From NCBI GenBank assembly GCA_041659505.1, contig JBAZYF010000004.1:14922-78921 (forward strand): DNA of 64,000 nt, written 5' to 3'. This DNA is from Parcubacteria group bacterium. Its GTDB lineage: Bacteria > Patescibacteriota > Minisyncoccia > Moranbacterales > UBA2206. The translations under genes were made by a program, and so were the position numbers. The notes under the pieces are model-generated. The model was given only the letters and a program-made list of their open reading frames with translations. It was not told the DNA's origin and searched no databases. Positions 28,538 to 37,427 of this stretch are shown here, in pieces (position 1 is the first letter of the stretch; every line of letters begins with the position of its first letter).

Positions 28538-28798
28538 TTAGCAACAAGCAACGCCGTCCAGCTTGAATTCCTTGCGATCATCAAATTCCGCTTGTTTGCC
28601 TCCGTTCCATTGCGCTACCGGTCGGATATAGCCTACTACTCGAGAATAGACTTCGGTTCTTTGAAAATTACGTAGCACTGGATCGGCCTCATGACAACTC
28701 TTACACTTACAAAACTCTCCACTCTCTACGACATAACTCATATACTCTTCGTCCATCTTCAGCTCTCGGCCACAATCGTGGCAAATTTGTTTTTGCAT
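28538..28798 (-). CDS. stand-alone NrdD C-terminal homolog: zinc ribbon + glycyl-radical loop (GrcA-like candidate spare-part for class III RNR)
   Basis: 86 aa. CHDCG...CKCKSCH, then EVYSRVVGYIRPVAQWNGGKQAEFDDRKEFK, which is near-identical to the last 45 aa of the adjacent NrdD. The nt-level differences are concentrated at third codon positions. Confidence 0.65.
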   Translation of the reverse strand: MQKQICHDCGRELKMDEEYMSYVVESGEFCKCKSCHEADPVLRNFQRTEVYSRVVGYIRPVAQWNGGKQAEFDDRKEFKLDGVACC

Positions 28799-28835
28799 AT
28801 TGTTTTTTTAATTTATTATTTTATTTTGAAAAAAA

Positions 28836-31052
28836 TTATTTTTTCTTTTCTACTTTAAATTCCTTGCGATCATCGAACTCTGCTTGCTTGCCACTGTTCC
28901 ATTGCTCGACCGGTCGAATGTACCCTACAACACGGGAATACACTTCGGCTTTTTGCTCTGCGACGCACTTAGGACAATATGGATGCTCACCATTGATGTA
29001 GCCATGCACCGGGCAGATACTGAAAGTTGGCGTGAGGGTGAAATATGGAAGGGCATAGTTTTCCGCAATCTTGCGCACTAATTGCTTGGTCGTTTCGATG
29101 TCCCAAATGCGCTCTCCCAAAAATCCATGCAGCACCGTTCCGCCGGTATATTTCGTCTGCAATTTATCCTGCAGATCCAACGCTTCAAAAATATCTTCTG
29201 TGTGCTGGACTGGCAATTGCGATGAATTGGTGTAATATGGTTCAGCATTCTTCTCCTTAACTTTCTGGTCGTTGGCAAAAATAATATCCGGATGCTTTTT
29301 CTTGTCCATCCGCGCCAAGCGGTACGAAGTACCTTCGGCCGGCGTTGCTTCGAGATTATAGAGATTACCGGTTTCTTTTTGATAGCCGATGATTCTTTTG
29401 CGCATATGCGTCAGGATTTCTTCTGCCATTTTTTGTCCAGCCGGAGTCGTAATATCTTTCCCAATCAGATTAAGGAGCGCTTCGTTCATGCCGACTAGAC
29501 CGATTGTCGAGAAATGATTCGCCCAATATTGTCCACGGCGCATTTTGATCGGTGCCAGATAGAATTTGGTATAAGGATAAAGTCCGCCCTCGGTCAGTTT
29601 TTCTACCATCGTGCGTTTTGTCTCAAGACTCTCTTGCGCCAGATCCATTAGATGATTGAGTTTTGCCAAAAATTCTTGTTTGTTTTTTGCAATATATCCC
29701 AAGCGAGGCAGATTGATTGTCACCACGCCGATCGATCCAGTCAGTGGATTGGCACCAAACAGTCCGCCACCGCGCTTGTGCAATTCCCGATTATCCAAAC
29801 GCAACCGGCAACACATCGAACGCGCATCATCAGGATCCATATCTGAGTTCACAAAGTTGGCAAAGTACGGAATACCATATTTAGCAGTCATTTCCCAAAT
29901 CGCATCGAAACGCTTATCTGTCCAGTCAAAATCTTTGCCGATGTTATAGGTCGGGATGGGGAAAGTGAAAATCCGGCTGGCAGCGTCCCCCTCTGTCATC
30001 ACTTCGGCAAATGCCTTATTGATCAGATTCATCTCTTCTTGGAATTCACCATAAGTTTCTTTCTGGGGAAAACCGCCAAAAATCACTGCTTCATTTTTCA
30101 AGTTCTTGGGACAAGTGATGTCCATCGTGATATTAGAAAATGGCGTTTGGAATCCCACGCGCGTCGACACATTCATATTAAACACGTAAGACTGAATTTC
30201 TTGCTTAACCTCAGCATAAGTCAATTTATCATAGCGCACGAATGGAGCGAGCAAGGTGTCAAAATTGGAAAAAGCTTGCGCGCCGGCCACTTCACCTTGC
30301 GTCGTATAGGTAAAATTGACCATTTGTCCCAAAATTGAACCCAAGTGTTTGGCTGGTTTGCAAGCCACTTTTCCTGGCACACCAGTAAACCCACGGCGCA
30401 AAAGATCTTGCAAATCCCAACCGCAACAATAGGCTGCCAACAGTTGCAAATCATGAATGTGGAAATCTCCGCCCTCATGTGCCTCACGGATCGCTCTGGT
30501 GTACACACGATTCATCCAATATTTCGAGCTGACAATCGAGGAAATGTAATTATTAAGACCTTGGAGCGAATAAGCCATATTGGCGTTTTCTTTCACTTTC
30601 CAGTCGATTTCTTGGATATATTTATCCACCAGATTGACCGCCTCATCCAATGATTCCTGCGCTTCGCGATTTTTGCGATGTTGTTCGCGATAAAGGATAT
30701 AGGCCTTGGCAGTTTCTTCAAAATCCAAAATCATCAGCACTCTTTCCACCAGATCCTGGATCTCTTCGATCTCCGGCACATAACCTTTTTTATGTTTTCG
30801 CCCCAAAAGCTTCACCACTTTTTCCGTCACTTTCTTGGCATCATCCGCCGTACCTTCTTTGGTCGTCACAAAAGCCTTCGCCACTCCTTTAGTAATTTTC
30901 GCCTGGTCAAAATTCGCCACATTGCCATTACGCTTGATGACTTTTTTGATTTCTATATCCCCGCCCGCATCGCTACGCGAAGCGTTGCGGGCGGGCCCGC
31001 CTGATTTCTTCACTTCATTCCCCTTGCCGCTTTTTTTCACTTTTTTTGCCAT
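28836..31052 (-). CDS. nrdD: anaerobic ribonucleoside-triphosphate reductase (class III) with N-terminal ATP-cone
   Basis: ATP-cone (VIKRNGNVANFDQAKITKG). Glycyl-radical enzyme body. C-terminal CPVHGY...CPKC zinc site followed by the RVVGY glycyl loop. Confidence 0.93.
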   Translation of the reverse strand: MAKKVKKSGKGNEVKKSGGPARNASRSDAGGDIEIKKVIKRNGNVANFDQAKITKGVAKAFVTTKEGTADDAKKVTEKVVKLLGRKHKKGYVPEIEEIQDLVERVLMILDFEETAKAYILYREQHRKNREAQESLDEAVNLVDKYIQEIDWKVKENANMAYSLQGLNNYISSIVSSKYWMNRVYTRAIREAHEGGDFHIHDLQLLAAYCCGWDLQDLLRRGFTGVPGKVACKPAKHLGSILGQMVNFTYTTQGEVAGAQAFSNFDTLLAPFVRYDKLTYAEVKQEIQSYVFNMNVSTRVGFQTPFSNITMDITCPKNLKNEAVIFGGFPQKETYGEFQEEMNLINKAFAEVMTEGDAASRIFTFPIPTYNIGKDFDWTDKRFDAIWEMTAKYGIPYFANFVNSDMDPDDARSMCCRLRLDNRELHKRGGGLFGANPLTGSIGVVTINLPRLGYIAKNKQEFLAKLNHLMDLAQESLETKRTMVEKLTEGGLYPYTKFYLAPIKMRRGQYWANHFSTIGLVGMNEALLNLIGKDITTPAGQKMAEEILTHMRKRIIGYQKETGNLYNLEATPAEGTSYRLARMDKKKHPDIIFANDQKVKEKNAEPYYTNSSQLPVQHTEDIFEALDLQDKLQTKYTGGTVLHGFLGERIWDIETTKQLVRKIAENYALPYFTLTPTFSICPVHGYINGEHPYCPKCVAEQKAEVYSRVVGYIRPVEQWNSGKQAEFDDRKEFKVEKKK

Positions 31053-31094
31053 ACAGTTTTTGTTATTTTTTATTTCAATTAGCCCCCTAAAAAA

Positions 31095-31544
31095 TTATTT
31101 ATCAAATGTATCCAACTCCCGCTTAAAACTTTCGATATTCGCAAATGATTTATAGACACTAGCAAACCGCACATAGGCCACTTCATCCAACTCGCGCAGT
31201 TTTTTGAGAATGAGCTTGCCGATTTCGCGCGAAGTGATTTCTGGTTTTTCTCTTGAACGAATTTCGTACTCAATTTCTCCGATAAATTTGGCAATCTTCT
31301 CTTCCGAGACTGGACGTTTCTCAAGCGCCTTACGCACTCCTGTCTCGATCTTTGGCCGGGAATAGTCCACCCGTGTGCCATTCCTCTTTAGTACTGAGAG
31401 GCGCAAGAGTTCGACTTCCTCGTAAGTACTAAAACGCGCTTCACATTTCAGGCATTCGCGCCTTCGGCGTGTAATCTTGCCCTCATTGGTTTCCCGCGAA
31501 TCGACGACCTTGGTTTCAGTATTATTACAAAACGGACAATTCAT
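31095..31544 (-). CDS. nrdR: transcriptional repressor NrdR (start at internal MNCPFC; coordinates of the start approximate to +/-1)
   Basis: MNCPFCNNTETKVVDSRE...ITRRRRECLKCEARFSTYE zinc ribbon plus an ATP-cone. Confidence 0.9.
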   Translation of the reverse strand: MNCPFCNNTETKVVDSRETNEGKITRRRRECLKCEARFSTYEEVELLRLSVLKRNGTRVDYSRPKIETGVRKALEKRPVSEEKIAKFIGEIEYEIRSREKPEITSREIGKLILKKLRELDEVAYVRFASVYKSFANIESFKRELDTFDK

Positions 31545-31666
31545 ACTTTTTTCTCTTTTTATACTATATATAGTGTACCGCCATAGAATTATACCACAAC
31601 CGAAATTCCTGACAAGGGGCACATTTCAAGCCAAAAACAAGAGTTATCCACAGGGGGGAATTTTGA

Positions 31667-31894
31667 TTATTTTCCCCGCACCCCAAATTTCGCAACGATA
31701 ACTGCTAATGGACAATAACCGGTCAAGGAAAAGTTAATCAGCATCGCGCCGACCAAGAGTGTGAAATAGCGAAAATTAGGATGACCGGCCAAGGACATTA
31801 CTTCCGAAAGCACTACAAAAATTCCGGCAATCAAAAAAACGATTCTTTCCACATACCAACGATCGGTTTCTTGACGATAAATTTTCTTTTGCAT
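31667..31894 (-). CDS. DUF2892 family small membrane protein
   Basis: 75 aa, two TM helices, C-terminal LTGYCPLAVIVAKFG pattern. Confidence 0.55.
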   Translation of the reverse strand: MQKKIYRQETDRWYVERIVFLIAGIFVVLSEVMSLAGHPNFRYFTLLVGAMLINFSLTGYCPLAVIVAKFGVRGK

Positions 31895-31904
31895 ATTTTT
31901 ATTC

Positions 31905-32084
31905 TGAATGACTTACGCATTTGCCCAAGTCAGCCGTATTGGCTAAAAAATCCTGTTTGAGAATGCCTTTTTTCTTCAAAATTTTCCATTGGTTGCCGCT
32001 TCTTGAGGGGAAATTTTAAAAAGAAAAAAGAGCGTTCGAGTAATTTTTTTAGCCAATACGGCTGTGAGGTGAAATGCATAACTC
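31905..32084. repeat. about 180-bp nested-palindrome element, efflux-operon family copy 1 (abuts the RND pump stop codon)
   Basis: AGTCAGCCGTATTGGCTAAAAAA ... TTCTTCAAAATTTTCCA ... GGAAATTTTAAAAAGAAAAAAG ... TTTTTTAGCCAATACGGCTGTGAGG. Outer and inner inverted repeats. Confidence 0.8.
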
Positions 32085-35000
32085 CTAGTCTAAATGTTTA
32101 GCTCGCATTGAAGTGTCCCATTTTTTATGTTCAACCATATAATAGATGATTGGAAAAACCACCAAAGTGAGAAAAGTTGAAGCCGTGAGACCGAAGATGA
32201 GCGCCCAGGCCAGCCCTTCCCAGACCGGATCAGTTATGATTGTGAGCGATCCCAAAATGGCCGTAAGCGAGGTCAGGGTGATCGGAAGCAAACGAATTCT
32301 ACCTGTTTCAACCAAAGCCTCAATCATTGGCTTGCCAAGCTTTTTGAGCGGTTCGAGATATTCGAGATATATGACCGTATTTTTGACGGAAAGCCCCGCA
32401 AGTGCAATGACGCCAATCATCGACGTTGCATTAAAATAGGTGCCTTTGAGGGCGTTAAGGATTGCAAAGCCGGGAAAAACTCCAATGAGACCAAGCGGAA
32501 TACTTACCATCAAAAGAAGCGGCACAAAGAGTGATTCGGATTTGGCGGCCAAGACAAAATAGATGAGAAAAATCGCCACCCCCATCGCCAGTCCCAAGTC
32601 GCGAAAAACTTCCAAGGTCAATTTCCACTCGCCGTCGATTTTGACAAAATAATGCTCATGCGTCTGCGTGTTTTCATATTCCGCACCGAGCAGATTCCAA
32701 GCTACTACTTTCCCATTGCCATCCGGCAATTTATATTTGAGAAGCTTGGGGAAAAAATCCAAAACAGCATACACAATACTGCGATTATTCATCTCGGCGG
32801 AAAGATAGGTCGCTTGCCGGCGATCATCAGACAAAATTGGCAGATCGGTTGCACTGTCGGTTTTTTCAATAATTTCCAAAAGTGGCACACTCGTACCATT
32901 TCGTGAGGGAATTTCAATTTTCGCTAGATCCTCCTCTGTGTTGCGATCATCTTTTGGCAAACGCAAGATGATATATTCTTGCTCCGGTTTGCGCGAGTTG
33001 CCCGGCGTCACTTCATGATATTGTCCGACCGCAAAGCCAGATAGCGCCACATGCAAAAGCGTCGAGATGTCAGTCGGAGCGACGCCTAAAAGCTCCGCTT
33101 TATCGGTCCGGATGCGATAAGTATAATCCAATGTCCGCTCGGGAGTAGAAAGGTCGAGATCAATGACACCTGGGATATTTTCAATTTCTGCTTCGAAATC
33201 GCGCGCCATCTGTTCACGATTTTTTTCGTCCCTACTCTCAATTTTTAGCAAAAATGTCGCCAATACCGGCGGTCCCGGCGGATCCTCGACGATGCGCATC
33301 TTAATATTCGGATGTTCGCTCAGATATGGACTGGTCACATTAACAAATTCCTGCGCAAGCTTTTCTGAACTAATATTGCGCTCATTGCTTTCGGTCAGAT
33401 TCACCCTGAGCGTCGCTTGGTTTTGAAACAGACGGAAAGAACTACCCCGGAAAAGTCCATTGAAATCCACCACGGGCGCCTCACCCACAAAGCTCTCCAC
33501 ATTTTGCACTTCCGAATTTTCCAAAATCAGCTCCTCGATAGATTTAGCGTCAGCTTGCGTCTCACCCACAGCTGTGCCATTGGGCAGATTGATATAAACA
33601 TAGACTTGATTTTTGTCCGCTTTCGGAAGCATCCGAAAAGGCACAAGCGGAGTGAGTGGCAAGATGAGAGAAAAAACAAAAATAACCGCGACCACGCTAA
33701 TTATTTTTTTCCTTCTCCCGGCCGTTGCTAAAAAATATTTGAGCCATTTTGTATAGCGCTCTTCCAATTTTTTAAACTGGCGGAAGAAAAAACCTTCCTC
33801 ATAGCTTTTTCTCTTAATATTGGGATCATTTTTTGGTGTAAAAATCAACGCGAGATAGGGATTGATCGAAACAGAAAAAATAAGTGAAGCAAACAAAGCG
33901 GCCGGCACGAAAAACGGAATCGGCGCCATGTATGGTCCCATCATTCCGGTCACAAACGCCATCGGGATGAAAGCGATCGCCATCGTGAGTGTGGAAAGCG
34001 CCAGTGCCCCACCCACTTCATCCACCGCTCGTACAATTAATTTTATCCGATTCTCCTGCGGGTAGAGTCGAAAATAGCGCGCCACATTTTCAATCACCAC
34101 GATTGCGTCATCGACTAAAAGCCCTAAGGAAAGAATGAGGGCAAACAGTGTAATGCGGTTAACAGTTTGCCCAGCCAAAAGTCCCACACCAAACACGGCC
34201 AAAAGAACCAAGGGGATAGAAACCGCCGCCGTCATTGCGTTACGAAAACCCAAAAACAGCATAAGGAGTACCGCCACAACGAGGATCGATTTGGTCAGAT
34301 CGAAAGTCAGTTTGCTAATTTCTTCACTCGAAGTTTTGCCTTCATCGCGCAGCACTTCAACTTTGACATCTTGAGAGATCATCGTGCCTTTGAATTTTTC
34401 CAATTTCCCTATAACATCAGAAGAAACGGTTGTGGCATTGGTTCCCTTAAGCTTAGAAAGAGCAATGTGCACCACTGGCACATCCGCCTCGTTTTTCTTT
34501 GCCACTGAAACAAAACTAGTAATTTCTCCCGGACCGTAAGTAATCTCCGCGATATCTCCCAAACGCAAAATCGCACCTCCCTCTTGACGCAAAACTAAAT
34601 TTTTCAAATCTTCCACATTCCGAATATTTCCAGAAACATCCAAAAGTGGATTTCTTTTTGCTCCTTCGATTGGATTGACACTAAAAACACCGTTTGCACT
34701 AGTTATCGCTCCCATAATTTCAAAAAGAGAAATATTCCTTGCTGACAGTTCCCCCGCGCGCGGTTCCACAAAAAGATTATTGATCCGCCCACCTTTAATC
34801 TCGACTTTTGATATGCCCTTCGCCTGCTTGAGTTCATCAGAAACATCAAAAGCTAATTTCCGCAAAGTACTTTCCGATAATATACCAGAAGATAATCCAA
34901 TATCCAAAATTGGCACATCATCCGGATCAATCGCTTGGACGACGGGATCCATCGCGCCCGCTGGTTTCAGTCCAATATTATCCTGTAATTTTTGGTTCAG

Positions 35001-35381
35001 CTCAACTTTAGCATTCTCTAAATCAGACCCGACTAAAAATTTCACCATCACCATACTCCGCCCACCCGGAAAAGTTTGCGAAGAAATATTGTCAATCTTC
35101 GTCAACTCGGAAATTTTATCCTCCATAGGACGGGTGATCAGCTCATAAATCTCAGACGCGTCCGCATTGGGAAAATCGGTCGTGATGATAAACGCCGGGG
35201 CGACGATTTCCGGATTATACTGCTTGGGCGTGAGAATAAAAGAAAATGTCCCCCAAACCGCAATCACAATGATAGCTAAGATGGACAACTCTTTTTTTTG
35301 CAAAAACAACCGGGTAATTTTCCCCGCCAAGCCTAATTTTTCTTTGTGCGTATCATCAAAAGATTGGTCATTATTATGCAT
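32085..35381 (-). CDS. RND family efflux transporter (AcrB/CzcA superfamily), 12-TM
   Basis: 1098 aa. Conserved AcrB-family N-terminus and two large periplasmic loops. Confidence 0.88.
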   Translation of the reverse strand: MHNNDQSFDDTHKEKLGLAGKITRLFLQKKELSILAIIVIAVWGTFSFILTPKQYNPEIVAPAFIITTDFPNADASEIYELITRPMEDKISELTKIDNISSQTFPGGRSMVMVKFLVGSDLENAKVELNQKLQDNIGLKPAGAMDPVVQAIDPDDVPILDIGLSSGILSESTLRKLAFDVSDELKQAKGISKVEIKGGRINNLFVEPRAGELSARNISLFEIMGAITSANGVFSVNPIEGAKRNPLLDVSGNIRNVEDLKNLVLRQEGGAILRLGDIAEITYGPGEITSFVSVAKKNEADVPVVHIALSKLKGTNATTVSSDVIGKLEKFKGTMISQDVKVEVLRDEGKTSSEEISKLTFDLTKSILVVAVLLMLFLGFRNAMTAAVSIPLVLLAVFGVGLLAGQTVNRITLFALILSLGLLVDDAIVVIENVARYFRLYPQENRIKLIVRAVDEVGGALALSTLTMAIAFIPMAFVTGMMGPYMAPIPFFVPAALFASLIFSVSINPYLALIFTPKNDPNIKRKSYEEGFFFRQFKKLEERYTKWLKYFLATAGRRKKIISVVAVIFVFSLILPLTPLVPFRMLPKADKNQVYVYINLPNGTAVGETQADAKSIEELILENSEVQNVESFVGEAPVVDFNGLFRGSSFRLFQNQATLRVNLTESNERNISSEKLAQEFVNVTSPYLSEHPNIKMRIVEDPPGPPVLATFLLKIESRDEKNREQMARDFEAEIENIPGVIDLDLSTPERTLDYTYRIRTDKAELLGVAPTDISTLLHVALSGFAVGQYHEVTPGNSRKPEQEYIILRLPKDDRNTEEDLAKIEIPSRNGTSVPLLEIIEKTDSATDLPILSDDRRQATYLSAEMNNRSIVYAVLDFFPKLLKYKLPDGNGKVVAWNLLGAEYENTQTHEHYFVKIDGEWKLTLEVFRDLGLAMGVAIFLIYFVLAAKSESLFVPLLLMVSIPLGLIGVFPGFAILNALKGTYFNATSMIGVIALAGLSVKNTVIYLEYLEPLKKLGKPMIEALVETGRIRLLPITLTSLTAILGSLTIITDPVWEGLAWALIFGLTASTFLTLVVFPIIYYMVEHKKWDTSMRAKHLD

Positions 35382-35404
35382 ATTATTTTAATTTCACGAT
35401 TTAA

Positions 35405-35585
35405 GCGTTTACTCGAGTCAGCCGTATTTTTCTAAAAAAATCCTGCCTGAGAAGGCCTTTTTTCTTCAAAATTTTCCATTGGTTGCCTTTGATAGAGGGA
35501 AAATTTTGAAGAAAAAAGAGCCTTCGAGTTATTTTTTTAGAAAAATACCGGCTGCGAGGTGAAAAGCGTAACTCCTGAGTTTTGT
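35405..35585. repeat. nested-palindrome element, efflux-operon family copy 2 (between adaptor and pump genes)
   Basis: Same architecture and about 85% identity to copy 1. Confidence 0.8.
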
Positions 35586-35608
35586 AGCCCTATCTGACTT
35601 AGTACTCA

Positions 35609-36766
35609 TTATTCATCTGAAACCACATCTCCATCCAGCAAAAAATACTGCCCTTCTATGATGATTTTTTCGCCTGCCGTAATCCCGGAAAGTACCTCGC
35701 GCAATTCGCCGAACGAATCACCTAGCGTAATTTTATTTTTCGTAACTGTTCCATCTGCTTTTAAGCTAAACACAAAAGTATCATCATACTCGCGCAAAAT
35801 TGCTTCTTCGGGAATAAGAATAACCGCGCGCGAACTTCCCACAGGCACAGCCACGGTTGCATATTGCCCAAGCGAAAGCGCTCGAATGTTTTCTGCGGCG
35901 GAAAATCGGATCCGCATGATAGATTTTTGCGTCGCCGTTCCGACTGATTGCGCAGTAGAAAAAACGTAGCCGGACAATGACAAGTTTTTTTGTCCTTCGG
36001 GATAAACTGATACGGAAATGTTTTTTGAGCTATTTCCCGCCACCGAACTGGGAACCGAAACACTTACTTCCAACTCAGTTGGCGAAGCAATCGCATAGAG
36101 CGGTGTCCCCGGAGCGGCAAAAGAACCAACGGAAAAATATTTTCTTGTGATAACTCCGGAAAAAGGCGCGGTAATAGTGGCGTTTTTCGCCGCAATATGC
36201 GCTACCAATTCCCCGCCTTGAGCCGCGGCCTCATTCGCCTTCGCACCGGAATTTTGCAAATCACGCATTTTTTTTGCGCTATCCAATCCTTCTTCGGCAA
36301 TTTTTACGTCTTTTTTTGTCACATCGCTATTGGAATAGCTTTCCTTGGTTTTTTTGAGCGACGCCTCGGCTTCATCCACTTTTTGATCATAGAAATCTTT
36401 TGTGTCCCGAACAGTTTTTTTGATTGCATCAAGCGTCATTAGCGCACTCTGATCCATCGCCGCAAGTTCACTACCATCAAGCACAGCAAGCACCTCTCCC
36501 GCGCGCACCACGTCACCCTCTTCTTTCAAGAGCTTCGTCACATACCCGCCAGCCTTAGGCGAAACATCAGCTTGTTTTGCGCCGCTGACAAACCCTGAGA
36601 AATCTCGCGTCGGCTGAAAATCGGACTCCGTCGCAACAATGGTCTTGACGTTTTTAATCGAGTTACTAGTTTCAGATGTCTCCTCTCCCTTGGCAAAAAA
36701 AGCGCCTCGAATAAGATAAAAAAATGCAAACATAGCTAGCGTTCCGATGAGATATCTTTTTTTCAT
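35609..36766 (-). CDS. RND efflux periplasmic adaptor (membrane fusion protein, HlyD family)
   Basis: N-terminal TM anchor, coiled-coil hairpin, beta-barrel/MP domains. Adjacent to the RND pump. Confidence 0.72.
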   Translation of the reverse strand: MKKRYLIGTLAMFAFFYLIRGAFFAKGEETSETSNSIKNVKTIVATESDFQPTRDFSGFVSGAKQADVSPKAGGYVTKLLKEEGDVVRAGEVLAVLDGSELAAMDQSALMTLDAIKKTVRDTKDFYDQKVDEAEASLKKTKESYSNSDVTKKDVKIAEEGLDSAKKMRDLQNSGAKANEAAAQGGELVAHIAAKNATITAPFSGVITRKYFSVGSFAAPGTPLYAIASPTELEVSVSVPSSVAGNSSKNISVSVYPEGQKNLSLSGYVFSTAQSVGTATQKSIMRIRFSAAENIRALSLGQYATVAVPVGSSRAVILIPEEAILREYDDTFVFSLKADGTVTKNKITLGDSFGELREVLSGITAGEKIIIEGQYFLLDGDVVSDE

Positions 36767-36779
36767 AATGATTGAGGCT

Positions 36780-36957
36780 TACGCACTTACCCGAGTCAGC
36801 CGTATTTTCTAAAAAAATACTGTCTGAGAATGCCTTTTTTCTTCAAAATTTTCCACCGGATGCCGTTGATTGAGGGAAAGTTTTGAAAAGAAAAAAGAGC
36901 GTTCGAGTCATTTTTTTAGAAAATACGATTGCGAGGTTAAATGAGTAAATTCCGATG
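36780..36957. repeat. nested-palindrome element, efflux-operon family copy 3 (abuts the csoR stop codon)
   Basis: Same architecture. The right TIR is partly degraded (GAAAATACGATTGCGAGG). Confidence 0.75.
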
Positions 36958-36962
36958 GTAAT

Positions 36963-37208
36963 TTATTTTTTAATTATTTCTTTCAAAAGTCTGCCCAACT
37001 TATTCCTATCACTGGTTTTCATTTTCGCAGCGCAATCAACTAAACTCTGTTCGGTATATCCAGTCATCACACGTTCAAACGCCGCCTTGGCCGCTTTCAT
37101 CTGGATCAGCACGGAAAAACAATCCTGGTTTTTTTCCGTAAGCATCTTTTTGATTCCCTCCAGCTGACCGATGACATTATTGATCAACTGCTCGTTACTT
37201 TTTGACAT
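36963..37208 (-). CDS. csoR: CsoR/RcnR-family metal-sensing transcriptional repressor
   Basis: 81 aa. VIGQLEGIKKMLTEKNQDCFSVLIQMKAAKAAFERV...CAAK matches the DUF156 pattern, with Cys residues at the metal-site positions. Confidence 0.78.
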   Translation of the reverse strand: MSKSNEQLINNVIGQLEGIKKMLTEKNQDCFSVLIQMKAAKAAFERVMTGYTEQSLVDCAAKMKTSDRNKLGRLLKEIIKK

Positions 37209-37250
37209 ATTTTTTTAAAAGTTAATACTTAGTGATTCCAAGTCTAACAT

Positions 37251-37270
37251 ACACCCCCTGGGGGTGTCAA
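37251..37270 (-). promoter_or_regulatory. candidate CsoR operator: perfect G/C-tract palindrome ACACCCCC-T-GGGGGTGT overlapping a TTGACA -35 hexamer upstream of csoR
   Basis: Seen directly in the sequence. Established CsoR operators are CCCC-N-GGGG type pseudo-palindromes. Confidence 0.55.
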
Positions 37271-37297
37271 GGGTTTACTAGTTTTCCTTCGCCTTGC

Positions 37298-37333
37298 AAA
37301 CAAAAACACTCCCAAAAAAGAGTGCTTTTGATC
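37298..37333 (-). terminator. rho-independent terminator (GCACTC-TTTTTTG-GGAGTG + T-run) after hypothetical gene 37428..38195
   Basis: Hairpin plus TTTTTGTTTG on the minus strand. Confidence 0.55.
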
Positions 37334-37427
37334 AGATTCTATTGCAGAATCATATTACCACTACCTATTTATCAACTATAACAACAAATAAACGCGCTGC
37401 TGGCTCGTGAGTCAAACAGCCCAATCA

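Noticed and set aside
28538-28798. Interpreting the 86-aa NrdD-tail ORF as a pseudogene fragment left by a partial duplication.
   Set aside because: It retains a start codon, an intact frame through the stop, all zinc-ligand Cys/His residues and the glycyl loop. Its differences from nrdD are mainly synonymous, which indicates purifying selection. A pseudogene is kept as the alternative in the finding.
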